The notes under the pieces: model-generated
Databases searched by the model: none
Seen by the model: only the letters and a program-made list of their open reading frames with translations
Told to the model about the DNA's origin: nothing
Program-made: the position numbers and the translations under genes
Source: an uncultured virus (IMG/VR IMGVR_UViG_3300046616_000384)
Lineage: Duplodnaviria; Heunggongvirae; Uroviricota; Caudoviricetes
IMG/VR virus record: IMGVR_UViG_3300046616_000384
Strand: one strand, 5' to 3'
DNA: 64,000 bases
In this document: positions 8,243 to 18,161 of the stretch, piece by piece
Layout of the letters: each line of letters starts with the position of its first letter
How positions within the stretch are numbered: the first letter of the stretch is position 1

Positions 8243-9936
8243 GTGGCCGACGCTTCACTTACGCCTGAAGAAATCGAGCAGATCGAGCCCACGGCTGAGA
8301 ATGCTCTCAAGTACTTCCCGCCCTCCTTCATCGGCCCCACGTGGCAGAAGGATGAGGCGGGCAAATGGCTGCTGCCCGAGAAGACTCTCGGCTGGGAGAT
8401 CCTTGGATGGGTCGCCGAATGGCTGACCTTCTCCGACGACCGGCCCTGGATGGCAACGCCCGAACAGGCCCGATTTATCCTGTGGTTTTACGCACTCGAC
8501 CACCGCGGAAAATTCAAATACAGGAAAGCCGTTTTGCAGCGCATGAAGGGCTGGGGAAAAGACCCGCTTGCGGCCGTCCTGTCAATTGTTGAATTGATCG
8601 GCCCCAGCCAGTTTTCGCATTGGGATGCCAATGGCAATCCGGTCGGGAAGCCCCACCCGGACGCTTATGTCCAGGTCACTGCAGTCTCGGAATCCCAGAC
8701 GGAAAACACCCGCGACGTGTTCCCCGGGTTGATTCCCACGCGCACACGCCAGGCCTTCAATATGGATGTCCAGAAGGAGGTAATTTACGCCAATGGCGGT
8801 AAGCAGAAGCTGCGCACGATGAGTGCCAACTTCCGTTCCGCCGAAGGCGGCCGATTATCTGAGTCACATTCTGCATTGCTAATGAGACCCACCACTGGAC
8901 GCCGGGCCAACGCGGCCCGCAATTCATGAACGTTATTACCAACAACCTTACCAAGGTCAAAGGTCGGCTCCTGTGCATCACTAACGCCTACGAGCCTGGT
9001 GAGGAATCCGTCGCGCAGACCATCCGCGAGGAGCAGGAAAAGGTGTGGGCCGGCCTTGCCAAGCCGTCAGGTTGGCTGTATGACTCGCTCGAAGCCCACC
9101 CGGATGCCCCACTTACCGAGGAGTGGGCTACCCATGTCGTCTCCACGATCCGGGGGGACGCCCACTGGCTCGATGTCGAGGACATCGTTTCTGAGATCCA
9201 GGATGGGTCCAAGACCACAGCTTCCAAAAGGCGCATGTGGTTTAACCAGATTGTTTCTTCTGGAGATTCCCTCATTACCGTGGCCCAGTGGGACCGCATT
9301 CTCCAGCCCGGCTGCTACGGCGATAAGCGTGACCTGAAAAAGGGCGATGCTATTGTCATGGGATTCGACGGGTCGAAAACTGATGATGCGACCGCCCTGG
9401 TCGCAATCCGCATTTCGGATAATCTCATTGTCCCGCTGGGAATCTGGCAGAACCCGGACCCTTCCCGGAAATGGGAAGTGCCAATTCCCGAGGTCGAGTC
9501 GGAAGTCCACCTCGCATTCCAGATGTACAAAGTTCATGCCTTCTTTGCCGACACGGCCTATTGGGAGAGCCAGGTCGACACCTGGTCCGATTTGTACCGT
9601 GAGCGGCTGCTGGTCAAGGCAAGCCCCCGCTCCACCGTGGGCTTCGATATGCGCGGCAACAAGGCCCGAATTTCCCAGACAACCGAGGCCTTTGTCGGCT
9701 CGATCCTCGACGGCCGCGTAAAGCAAAACGGCCACCGGCTGATGCGAATGCACGTTTTGAATGTCAAAAGGCGCACTAATTCCTATGGCCTCTGGTTTGG
9801 AAAATCATCGTCGGAGAGCCCGCGCAAAATTGACGGGTTCGCCGCCGGCTTCCTGGCCTACATGGCACTGACCACCCTCGCTGAGTCCGGCAAGAAACTC
9901 CCCAAGGAGTACAACCGCCGGCTGATTACCTTCTAG
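8243..9936 (+). pseudogene. terL: terminase large subunit split by an 8-nt insertion (ORFs 8243..8929 and 8926..9936)
   Basis: Walker A MKGWGKD; removing TTATCTGA (8855-8862) restores SAEGGR-VTFCIANETHHW (Walker B); nuclease MGFDGSKTDD..KIDG. Confidence 0.8.
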
Positions 9937-9968
9937 TACTGGTTTGGTACCACACCAGTACCACGCCA
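9933..9968. repeat. 11-bp-period GTAC array A
   Basis: GTAC at 9936, 9947, 9958. Confidence 0.75.
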
Positions 9969-9986
9969 CCCCTCTTAGGAGAACCA

Positions 9987-11528
9987 TTGCCGACCTTCGA
10001 CGAATTTTCCCGGGGGCAGCGGGACCAGATCTATGCCAACCCGGACGTGAAGGCCGGCAACTTCGATCTGAAGCTGGTCGAGGACATGTTCCTCACTCTC
10101 AGCCACGACCGCGCCGAGTACGACCTGTGCCACGACTACTTTGAGGGCCGCCAGCTCCTGCCGTACGCCCCCCGCAACGCCACCGCCCAGATCAAGGACC
10201 TGCAGCGGAGGAGCATTGCAAATTGGATTCCCCTGCTCGTCAATTTGCCATCGCAGATGTCATTCGTGGACGACTACCGCCGGCGGGCGGCCGGGAAGCT
10301 GGAGCGCAAGCCCCAGGACTCCGCGGAAAACTCGAACACCGAGTGGGTCCTGTGGCAGAAAAATCGCATGGATGCCAGACAGGCGGTCGTCTACCGCTCG
10401 GTGCTGACCTACGGCCACGCCTTCGTGGCGGTGAACAACATCGACCCGAAGAACATCACCTTCGACATCCTCTCCACCCGCCACACTGTGGCGTACTTCC
10501 GCGACCCGGTCAACGACATCCGCCCGTCCCACGTGCTGACGATCAAGAGCTACCCGCGCGATGAGAAGATCCCCGGCCTCGCCGTCCTCTGGGACGACGT
10601 CTACCGCTGGGAGATGGTCTACAGCGTGGACGGGAAGTTCGTCGTCAAGGGCAAGCCGTTCAAGCACGGCCTGGGCAAGTGCCCGGTGATCCGCTATACC
10701 TGCTTCCTCGATGATGAAGGCCGCACCCGCGGCGTCGTCAAGCCCGCCATTCCGCTACAGGACCGCCTGAACCAGGCGACGTTCTCCACCAATGTGACCA
10801 GTGATTACGGCGCGTTCAAAGTCCGCTACGCCGCCGGCCTGGTGCCTTCCTTCAGGAAGGACGAGAACGGCGAGCTGATGCTGGATGCGAACAACGAGCC
10901 GATCCCGGAACCGATCGAGGTCTCCCAGGCCGCGATGCTGATCTCTGATGATCCGCTGACAAAATTCGGACAGCTGGAAGAGACCCCGCTGGACGGCTAT
11001 ATCCGGCAGGAGGAGCAGGCCGCGCGCAACTTCACGACCCTGTCCCAGTTCCCGCCGCTGGCCTCCATCTCCAACCTGGCCAACCTTTCGGCCGAAGCCT
11101 GGGCCGCGGCCGAGGCGCAGTTCATCAGGTGGATCGACTCGCTGCACGTTTCCCTGGGCGAGTCCCACGAGGAGCTGCTGCGCACCGGGGCCCTGGCCGC
11201 CGGCGACAAGGCAGGCGCCGAATCCTACGGCGGCGAGGTCCGCTGGCGCGACCAGACCACCAAGACTGTGGCGGTGATGATGGACGCGCTCGGCAAGGCA
11301 GCGACCATGCTCGATGTTCCGCGCAAGGGCTTGTGGCCCATGATCCCGGGCGTCACCAACGGCATGCTCGATGACTGGGACCAGCTCCACGACGAGCAGA
11401 TCCAGGAGCAGCAGGAGCAGGACGTGAAGCTCGCGCAGGCCACCGCCGCGCGGGCCCAGAGAGTCTCGGGCGCCCCGAAGCCGACGTCCCCCAACGGGAC
11501 GCAGACCAAGCCCGTAAGTGGCAACTGA
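9987..11528 (+). CDS. portal protein
   Basis: Follows terL; YFEGRQ..NWIPLLVN..W..NRMDARQ..HGLGKCPV SPP1-type portal pattern. Confidence 0.9.
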   Translation: MPTFDEFSRGQRDQIYANPDVKAGNFDLKLVEDMFLTLSHDRAEYDLCHDYFEGRQLLPYAPRNATAQIKDLQRRSIANWIPLLVNLPSQMSFVDDYRRRAAGKLERKPQDSAENSNTEWVLWQKNRMDARQAVVYRSVLTYGHAFVAVNNIDPKNITFDILSTRHTVAYFRDPVNDIRPSHVLTIKSYPRDEKIPGLAVLWDDVYRWEMVYSVDGKFVVKGKPFKHGLGKCPVIRYTCFLDDEGRTRGVVKPAIPLQDRLNQATFSTNVTSDYGAFKVRYAAGLVPSFRKDENGELMLDANNEPIPEPIEVSQAAMLISDDPLTKFGQLEETPLDGYIRQEEQAARNFTTLSQFPPLASISNLANLSAEAWAAAEAQFIRWIDSLHVSLGESHEELLRTGALAAGDKAGAESYGGEVRWRDQTTKTVAVMMDALGKAATMLDVPRKGLWPMIPGVTNGMLDDWDQLHDEQIQEQQEQDVKLAQATAARAQRVSGAPKPTSPNGTQTKPVSGN

Positions 11529-12642
11529 GCCCGAGGTCCTGGCGGTCGAGAAGCTTCACCAGGCCGCCCAGGCCCGCCTCGGATTCGCCGCGGCCTTCCT
11601 CTCCCTGGCCGAATGGCAGGCCGTCGCCCCGCTGAACCCGGCGGGCACGGCCGCCTCATGGCTGACGTTTTCCCTCAAGGCAATCGTCGCCATCCGCATA
11701 TTGTCCCGAAAGCTGGCGGTACAGCACTACCAGCTGATCCGGGCGCTGGAGACCGGACGCACGCTCGGCGTGCCGGAAGGGTCCCCAGGAACCACAGGCA
11801 GCACCACGCTCGGTGATCTGCGGAGCAACTTCCGCAACACCGCACTGGACATCGCCTCCCTCCCGTCGCCGCGCACGCGCAGCGACGACCCCGACCTGCG
11901 CTGGTTCGAGGAGCAACTCGCCTCGATCCCGCCTGACGCCCTGCCCGGCGTAATCCATCTCGATGACATTGAGGTGGATCCGCTGATCCAGGACGTGCTG
12001 GACGCGGAGAAGATCGGGGACGCAACACGGATCTCGATCGACAAGTACACGTGGCCCGGGGACATGTCCGCCGCCCAGGTGGACGAGGCATACCGCGAAC
12101 TGCTCCGGAAGCAGACGGCGGACGCCTCCACCAAGGTGGACGGCCTGCGCCAGAACGCAGACATCACCCCGGATGAAGCCCTGACCGGGATCGAGACCGC
12201 GCACGACACCGCAGGATCCATCGGGTCCGGCACCGTCGACGCTGCCGGCATGGCCGGCGGCCGGAACGCCATCCTCGACGCCATCAGGAACGACAGGCTC
12301 GTCCTGGCCGTGGCGCGGGGAACCGGCCCCGATCCCTGCGCATTCTGTGCCATGCTCGCCAGCCGCGGCTTCGTCTACAAGAGCGAGGCCACCGCCGGCG
12401 TCGGGGATTCAGAAGCGATAGTCAAGTATCACATTCACTGCCATTGCTATCCGATTTTCCGTTTCATACGGGCCTCGGAGCTGCCGCCGCTCAACCGCTA
12501 CTTCCAGGAGAAGTGGATCGACGTGACCGACGGCTACAGCGGCCATGACGCAGTCAAAGCCTGGCGGCGCTGGATCTATGCCCAGCGCAAGGCCAACCCA
12601 CAGTCGCCCCACGGGGCGTCTGTGACAACCCAAACACCGTAG
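11518..12642 (+). CDS. capsid maturation / MuF-like minor head protein
   Basis: PCAFCAMLASRG.VY..YHIHCHC motif; between portal and scaffold. Confidence 0.75.
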   Translation: MATEPEVLAVEKLHQAAQARLGFAAAFLSLAEWQAVAPLNPAGTAASWLTFSLKAIVAIRILSRKLAVQHYQLIRALETGRTLGVPEGSPGTTGSTTLGDLRSNFRNTALDIASLPSPRTRSDDPDLRWFEEQLASIPPDALPGVIHLDDIEVDPLIQDVLDAEKIGDATRISIDKYTWPGDMSAAQVDEAYRELLRKQTADASTKVDGLRQNADITPDEALTGIETAHDTAGSIGSGTVDAAGMAGGRNAILDAIRNDRLVLAVARGTGPDPCAFCAMLASRGFVYKSEATAGVGDSEAIVKYHIHCHCYPIFRFIRASELPPLNRYFQEKWIDVTDGYSGHDAVKAWRRWIYAQRKANPQSPHGASVTTQTP

Positions 12643-12663
12643 TCCCAGGAGGACAAGGAAAAC

Positions 12664-13167
12664 ATGTCTGAGCAGCAGACGCAGGGCCAGGTGCCCGCAG
12701 CAACCCCCCCGGCAACCACCGTAGAGACCGACCCTTGGGCGGCCTTTCCGAAGGAATTCAACTGGGTACGCAAAGAGCTGGAAGACGCCCGCAAGGAAGC
12801 CGCTGACAAGCGCGTCCTCGCCCGCGACCTCCAGGAAAAGCTCGGTGCGGCCAAGACGCCGGAGGAAGTGCAGCAGGCGACTGCTGCTTATGAGACAAAG
12901 GCCCGTGACCTGGAAGTCGCCCTCGCCCGTGAAAAGGTTGCCCGCAAATCCGGGCTGAGCGACGAACTGGTGGAGTTCCTGACGGCTTCGACCGAAGAGG
13001 AACTTACCGCCCAGGCAGCGAAGCTTGCCGGCCTGAAGCCGGCAGCCACCGATGACCCTGTCGTGGTCACGGTTCAGGAACCCCGTGGCGGACTCGACCC
13101 CTCACTCACGCCGTCGAATAAGAGCGGCTATGACGAGTGGGAAGAGTACAAGAAGAACCGCCACTAG
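12664..13167 (+). CDS. scaffolding protein
   Basis: Coiled coil ELEDARKEAADKR; precedes the capsid gene. Confidence 0.8.
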   Translation: MSEQQTQGQVPAATPPATTVETDPWAAFPKEFNWVRKELEDARKEAADKRVLARDLQEKLGAAKTPEEVQQATAAYETKARDLEVALAREKVARKSGLSDELVEFLTASTEEELTAQAAKLAGLKPAATDDPVVVTVQEPRGGLDPSLTPSNKSGYDEWEEYKKNRH

Positions 13168-13227
13168 CCTCCCCCACCACCAGCGCCTCTAGGCGCTTTT
13201 TTTATGCCCTCCGAAAGGGACAACGAA

Positions 13228-14601
13228 ATGACTTATACCCCCAGCATCAAGGTGAAGCCGGCGGTCCTGGTCCAGGCTGCAGTCTCCGCACTGCGCGACC
13301 AGCTCGTCATCAGCAACACCGTGACCAAGCGTTCGGACATGAAGACCTTCTTCGCGTCCGCCGGCGACACCCTCTCCTACCGCGTCAAGGGCACCGTTCC
13401 GGTGCGTACCTACACCGCGCGCAATGATAGGAGCCAGCCCATTCTGACGGACTCCTACGCCGAGACTGTCGTGACCCTGACCATCTCGGCTGATCGCCCC
13501 TACAGCGCGATCAAGCTCACCGACGAGCAGCTCGATTGGGATTTCCAGGATGGGTGGGGAGATCTGATTGAAGCTCAGACTAGCTCCATCGCTTCCTACC
13601 TCGAACATGGTGTCCTCAACCAGATCCTCAAGGCTCCCTACGAGCGCGTGATCCTCGTCAAGGACGACACCACGGGCCTGGCTAACGCCAAGGACGCCGA
13701 TGAATCGGTCTTCTTCAATGCCATCGTCGAGGCCAAAAAGGCCCTCCGCCTGATGCGCACCCCGAACGATACCCTCGTCTGCATTTGCGGCGTGGACTTC
13801 GAGGAAAAGATCATCAAGAGCCGGCGCTTCCTGAAGGACCAGGGCACCGGAGACGCTGCTCTGACCTCCGCAACGCTCGGCACGATCGCCGGAGTCACGC
13901 TGGTTTCTTCGACCCAGATCCCTGCCGATGAGGCTTACATGTACGCCTCCAGCGGGTTCCTGGTGTTCACCGGAGTCCCCTCCATCCCCAAGTCTGTCCC
14001 GTTCGGGGCGACGGCAACTGCCGGCGGCTGGGCCTTGCGCTGGCTCCAAGACTATGATACGGCCTACCTCACAGACCGTAGCGTGTTCGATCTGTACGCA
14101 GGCTACTCCTACACCAAGGACCGCCTCGCGGTCTTCGACGGCTCCAGCCGTGAGATCATCTCTGCCGACGAATACTTCGTCCGCGGCGTGAAGCTCGCCC
14201 TGAAGTCCTCCACCTCCGCTGTGGAGAAGAAGCCGGGCGATGGCTCCACCACGACCCCCGGCGGCTCCGCCAGCTCCTTCCTGGCCAAGGCCTACAACCT
14301 CCAGCCGATCACCGGCCCCGAGGTCCAGGGTGAGCCGTTCCCGCTCGGCGGCAACTACCCGGGCGCTAAGGCTGCTGCTACGGCCGCTGTGGTCAAGTCC
14401 GGCTCCACCGTCGGCTCCATCACGGTCACCGCCCAGGGCTACGGCTACACCTCCACCCCGACGGTCACCATCTCCGGCGGCGCCGGCACCGGCGCTACCG
14501 CCGTGGCCACCATCCACAACGGCCAGGTCACCGCCATCACCGTGACCGCTGCGGGCACCGGCTACACCGGCACCCCGACCGTTACCGTCGCAGCCCCGTA
14601 A
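13228..14601 (+). CDS. major capsid protein with C-terminal Gly/Thr-rich extension
   Basis: Position; GDTLSYRV; C-terminal GYGYTSTPTVTISGG..GTGYTGTPTVTVAAP. Confidence 0.85.
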   Translation: MTYTPSIKVKPAVLVQAAVSALRDQLVISNTVTKRSDMKTFFASAGDTLSYRVKGTVPVRTYTARNDRSQPILTDSYAETVVTLTISADRPYSAIKLTDEQLDWDFQDGWGDLIEAQTSSIASYLEHGVLNQILKAPYERVILVKDDTTGLANAKDADESVFFNAIVEAKKALRLMRTPNDTLVCICGVDFEEKIIKSRRFLKDQGTGDAALTSATLGTIAGVTLVSSTQIPADEAYMYASSGFLVFTGVPSIPKSVPFGATATAGGWALRWLQDYDTAYLTDRSVFDLYAGYSYTKDRLAVFDGSSREIISADEYFVRGVKLALKSSTSAVEKKPGDGSTTTPGGSASSFLAKAYNLQPITGPEVQGEPFPLGGNYPGAKAAATAAVVKSGSTVGSITVTAQGYGYTSTPTVTISGGAGTGATAVATIHNGQVTAITVTAAGTGYTGTPTVTVAAP

Positions 14602-14610
14602 GGATAGGCC

Positions 14611-15072
14611 ATGCCAGCACTAGGAACCGTCGACCAGGTGGCCGCCCGTATCGGTGAGCCCATCGTGGAACCCGACGATGTCGATCTGGCGATGGCTGTC
14701 CTTAACGAGGCTTCGGAGCAGATCCGGCATTACGCCCAGCAGCCATACTGGACAGCCGAAACTGCCCCTGCAGTCGCCGTCACCATTGCGGTGGCGGCGG
14801 CTGCCCGCGGCTTTTTGAATCCTTCAGGATTCGATATGGAGCGCGGAGACCTCATAACCTTCAACCGTTCCAAGGAATATGTCTCCGGCGCAAGCCTAAC
14901 GGCCCAGGAAATCACGATTATTAAGGCCCTGGGGCGGACCGGCAACGTCCGCTCCGCCGCCCTGGCCAGCACCACCCGCCCCGTGCCGCGTTCCACCCGC
15001 TGCGCCGAGGACCGGGGATATGCCCCGGTGGACTGGGGCGGCAACAAGCCGTTCCCACTCGGGTACTGGTGA
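14611..15072 (+). CDS. head-to-tail adaptor
   Basis: Synteny; AARGFLNPSG..E..G motif. Confidence 0.75.
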   Translation: MPALGTVDQVAARIGEPIVEPDDVDLAMAVLNEASEQIRHYAQQPYWTAETAPAVAVTIAVAAAARGFLNPSGFDMERGDLITFNRSKEYVSGASLTAQEITIIKALGRTGNVRSAALASTTRPVPRSTRCAEDRGYAPVDWGGNKPFPLGYW

Positions 15073-15434
15073 TGGCGCGCCGCTCGGTCCTCCTCGACAG
15101 GGGGAAGTCGCGGATGCTCATCTACCCCGAGGTCACCATCCAGAACTCCCGCGGTGACTTCGTCAGGATGCCCTCCGAGACGCCCGTCGAGGTGTGGGTC
15201 ACCACCTCCGCACAGCGGCAGGGCGACGGCGAACTCGCCGGCCAGGTCTCCATCAAGACCATCCGGTGCATCACCAGGAGCGCCCCGGTGGGCTCCTGGG
15301 CCCGGATCTGGTTCGAGGGCGAGGAGTGGGACCTGATGGCCCCGCCCCGCTTCGCCCCCGGAGTGTCCCGGAACACGGAGCACGTCGAGTTCATCATCCG
15401 CTCACGCAACCGTCTGGACGAACCCTATGCCTAG
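15069..15434 (+). CDS. head-to-tail stopper
   Basis: Synteny; VGSWARIWFEGEEWD. Confidence 0.7.
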   Translation: MMARRSVLLDRGKSRMLIYPEVTIQNSRGDFVRMPSETPVEVWVTTSAQRQGDGELAGQVSIKTIRCITRSAPVGSWARIWFEGEEWDLMAPPRFAPGVSRNTEHVEFIIRSRNRLDEPYA

Positions 15435-15825
15435 CATCGACTGGTACCACCCCGCACGCGGTGGCCGCGGGCCCAACTCCTCCACGGGCGCCGTGGTCTC
15501 CCACCTTCCCGGCGTCCGCGCCGCGGTGCAGGAGAAGGCACGGTCCATGGCCAGCGAGGCCTGGCTCCAGCTGCTCTGGCACCGCCGCACCGGCGCCGCC
15601 CACATCGAGGTCATCGCGCCCCCGACGACGGAGCTTGATGCCCACGTCGTCCTGCGCGACCCCGACCCGGGCGGCCAGGGCAGGGGCGGGCCCAACAAGC
15701 ACAAGCGTTCGGCCATGTCCATCGAGATGGGCTGGACGACCAAGAACGGCAAGCACGTCGAGGGCCTCCACATCCTTGACGGCGTGATGAAACGCGCCAT
15801 CAACGGTTACGGGGGTCCGCGATGA
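15427..15825 (+). CDS. neck/tail completion protein
   Basis: AMSIEMG..EGLHIL motif; synteny. Confidence 0.65.
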   Translation: MPSIDWYHPARGGRGPNSSTGAVVSHLPGVRAAVQEKARSMASEAWLQLLWHRRTGAAHIEVIAPPTTELDAHVVLRDPDPGGQGRGGPNKHKRSAMSIEMGWTTKNGKHVEGLHILDGVMKRAINGYGGPR

Positions 15826-16385
15826 GCGGTGTCATTATTGGAGCCCCCGGCCCGCCTCCTCCCCCGCTCGTCCCCCCGGATGCGCTGCCGATCTTCGGCT
15901 CGGTCGACGAGCTTATCCGGACGATCTTCGTCGACTTCTTCGCCGGCCAGGACGTTCACGTCTACACCCTGTTCACCGAGAACATGCAGACCCCCGCCAT
16001 CGTCTCCCGGCGCGACCGCCGGTCGGGCACGCTGGCGCTGGGGACCAAGGATGACCGGTTCATGCAGCCGTCCATCATCATGGTCTCCACCGTCACCGAC
16101 GGCCCCGACGGTGACGAGATGGGCGAGGAACTGCAGGAGATGTGCCGCTATGCACTGCGCCGGGCGCAGCAGCTGCAGATCTCAGTCCCCGGATGCGGGT
16201 CCATTGCGGTCCTAGAAGGATCGACCCACCCCGCCAAGGTGGCCGACTGGCAGACATCGACGTCAGTCGTCCAGTACGCGAGCCTGCCAAAAAACGCAGT
16301 CCGCTACGAGGCGATCTACCGCCTGCTGGTCAGACCTCCTGACCAGTCAACGATCACAAACCGCTTCAAGCCTCCGTCCTTATGA
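15822..16385 (+). CDS. tail terminator
   Basis: Directly upstream of the major tail gene; LP....RYEA.Y.L.VR. Confidence 0.7.
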   Translation: MSGVIIGAPGPPPPPLVPPDALPIFGSVDELIRTIFVDFFAGQDVHVYTLFTENMQTPAIVSRRDRRSGTLALGTKDDRFMQPSIIMVSTVTDGPDGDEMGEELQEMCRYALRRAQQLQISVPGCGSIAVLEGSTHPAKVADWQTSTSVVQYASLPKNAVRYEAIYRLLVRPPDQSTITNRFKPPSL

Positions 16386-16433
16386 CCGGGGCTTTTTTCA
16401 TGGGGCTGAGCCCCTTCTAGGAGAAAACATCTC

Positions 16434-17210
16434 ATGGCACTGAACAATGCTGCCGTACTGAAGGTAGGCGTAGGCCACTTCTACACGGCCCCCGTGGGCA
16501 CCTCTATCCCGGCCGACCTTCGCAACCCGGCAGGCGCGTGGACCCATATGGGCCACACCTCCGTCGCCGACATCCTTTCCGCCGCCTCCGAGGGCGGTGA
16601 CACCACGACCCTGCGCTCCCTGCAGAACGCCACCCTCCGGACCACGACCGCGGCCCGCACCGAGGCGTTTGTCATGCAATTGCTCCAGTTTGATACCCCG
16701 AGTCTGAAGCTGTATTACGGGTCAAACGCCCAGGTCGACGGCAACGGCCACGTCTCCGTTCCGTCCTCCCCGGTCCCCACCGAGGTCGCCTGGCTCGTCG
16801 TGTTCTACGACGGTCAGACCACGGCCGGCGTGTACGCCCCCAAGGCCTCCATCTTCCGCAACGACGACCTCTCGGTCGCCGACACGGAGAACCTGGTCCA
16901 GCTGAGCGTCAAGGTCACCCCGCTGCAGAACGGCGCGAACGACTACGCCTTCAAGTGGCTGCCCCCGACCATCATCCTCTCCACCGCCACGGCCACCGCC
17001 ACCCGCACGGCCAACACCGTCACCGCGGTCAACGTGGTCTCCGGCGGTTCCGGCTACACCACGGTGCCTGCCGTGACCTTCTCCGGCGGCGGCGGATCCG
17101 GTGCGGCTGCAACGGCCGTCGTGACCGGCGGTGTCGTCACCGCTGTGAACGTCACCGCTGCCGGCACCGGCTACACCACGGACCCGACGGTAACCATCGC
17201 GGCCCCGTAG
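16434..17210 (+). CDS. major tail protein with C-terminal extension
   Basis: [28 protein letters not shown]-terminal domain like that of the capsid. Confidence 0.9.
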   Translation: MALNNAAVLKVGVGHFYTAPVGTSIPADLRNPAGAWTHMGHTSVADILSAASEGGDTTTLRSLQNATLRTTTAARTEAFVMQLLQFDTPSLKLYYGSNAQVDGNGHVSVPSSPVPTEVAWLVVFYDGQTTAGVYAPKASIFRNDDLSVADTENLVQLSVKVTPLQNGANDYAFKWLPPTIILSTATATATRTANTVTAVNVVSGGSGYTTVPAVTFSGGGGSGAAATAVVTGGVVTAVNVTAAGTGYTTDPTVTIAAP

Positions 17211-17221
17211 CCCCTCAGACC

Positions 17222-17256
17222 CCTGCGGGGCCGGGTGCGGACTCCGGCCCCGCAGG
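17222..17256 (+). terminator. GC-rich hairpin after the major tail gene
   Basis: CCTGCGGGGCCGG..CCGGCCCCGCAGG; no U-tract. Confidence 0.5.
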
Positions 17257-17262
17257 CACCCC

Positions 17263-17324
17263 TTGTACCAACCCGGTACGACACCAGTACCAAACCAGTC
17301 CGCAACTAGTACCACACCACTACT
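17263..17324. repeat. 11-bp-period GTAC array B (6 units)
   Basis: Cores at 17265, 17276, 17287, 17298 (GTCC), 17309, 17320 (CTAC). Confidence 0.85.
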
Positions 17325-17337
17325 TAGGAGATCAGCC

Positions 17338-17715
17338 ATGTCCGCACTGAAGCTGGATGACCTGCGCAAGGGCGCAGAGTCCAAGTACCCCGACTTTGAG
17401 ATCGAGACCGAGGACGGAAAGGTCCTCGGCTTCAAGCCGCTCTACCGGCTGCCCAAGGCGAAGCGCAAGGCGGTTGCCGCCGCGTTCGACCTCCAGCAGC
17501 GCGCCGAGGCCCTGGGCGAGGATACCGACGTTGACCAGCCGGAGCTGTTCATCGCGGTCATCTCCGACGCGCTGAAGGCCGCCGAGCGCACCGAGGGGGA
17601 CCACAAGGCCCTCGTCGAATGGGCCGGCACCGAGGACCTGGGGATCTGGCTGTTCATCTTCACCAACTACTCCGAGGCCACCGACCTGGGGGAAGCATCG
17701 CCCTCGGTGAACTGA
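17338..17715 (+). CDS. tail assembly chaperone (G)
   Basis: AGGAG RBS; slippery GGGGGAA at 17688-17694. Confidence 0.85.
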   Translation: MSALKLDDLRKGAESKYPDFEIETEDGKVLGFKPLYRLPKAKRKAVAAAFDLQQRAEALGEDTDVDQPELFIAVISDALKAAERTEGDHKALVEWAGTEDLGIWLFIFTNYSEATDLGEASPSVN

Positions 17716-18161
17716 TCGACTCCGGATACGGCGAGGAGATCTATCTCGATCTCAAGGAGTACTGGAAATTTGACCTCGTCGGCTTCATAGCCGGCGAGGT
17801 CTTTTCCTCTATCACCCTGATTCTCGCCATGATCCGGAACCTTCCCGAGGGCTCACGATTCGCTGCGGCCATGTCCGTGGACAAGGAGGGGGAGCTGGGC
17901 GATGCCGTCGTCTTCGCGGAGCCGGACCCGCGCACCGCGGCCATCATGGACCACCGCACGTGGACCGTGGACCGGCGCCTCCAGGCGACAGCAATCAACG
18001 CCATACACACCCAGATCGCCGTCACCGGCCACTGGGGCAAGGAAGGCCCTCCGGACTTCCCAGTGATCGGGCCCGCCTCCTGGCAGCCCGCCAAAAAACA
18101 GTCGGAAGAGTTGAAAGACAACTACGACGTTCTCAGAAAGATGGGGTGGCCAGGTGGCTAA
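17688..18161 (+). CDS. tail assembly chaperone -1 frameshift extension (G-T)
   Basis: -1 frame open from G GGG GAA to 18161; canonical position before the tape measure gene. Confidence 0.8.
   Translation, partial: GGSIALGELIDSGYGEEIYLDLKEYWKFDLVGFIAGEVFSSITLILAMIRNLPEGSRFAAAMSVDKEGELGDAVVFAEPDPRTAAIMDHRTWTVDRRLQATAINAIHTQIAVTGHWGKEGPPDFPVIGPASWQPAKKQSEELKDNYDVLRKMGWPGG

Noticed and set aside
8243..9936. Intron or intein in the terminase
   Set aside because: The interruption is only 8 nt, with no intron core or intein motifs
17263..17324. GTAC arrays as a mini-CRISPR
   Set aside because: Units are 11 bp and contiguous with no unique spacers; no cas genes
17688..17694. GGGGGAA frameshift as a novelty
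   Set aside because: Canonical tail-assembly-chaperone -1 frameshift; listed as a feature only
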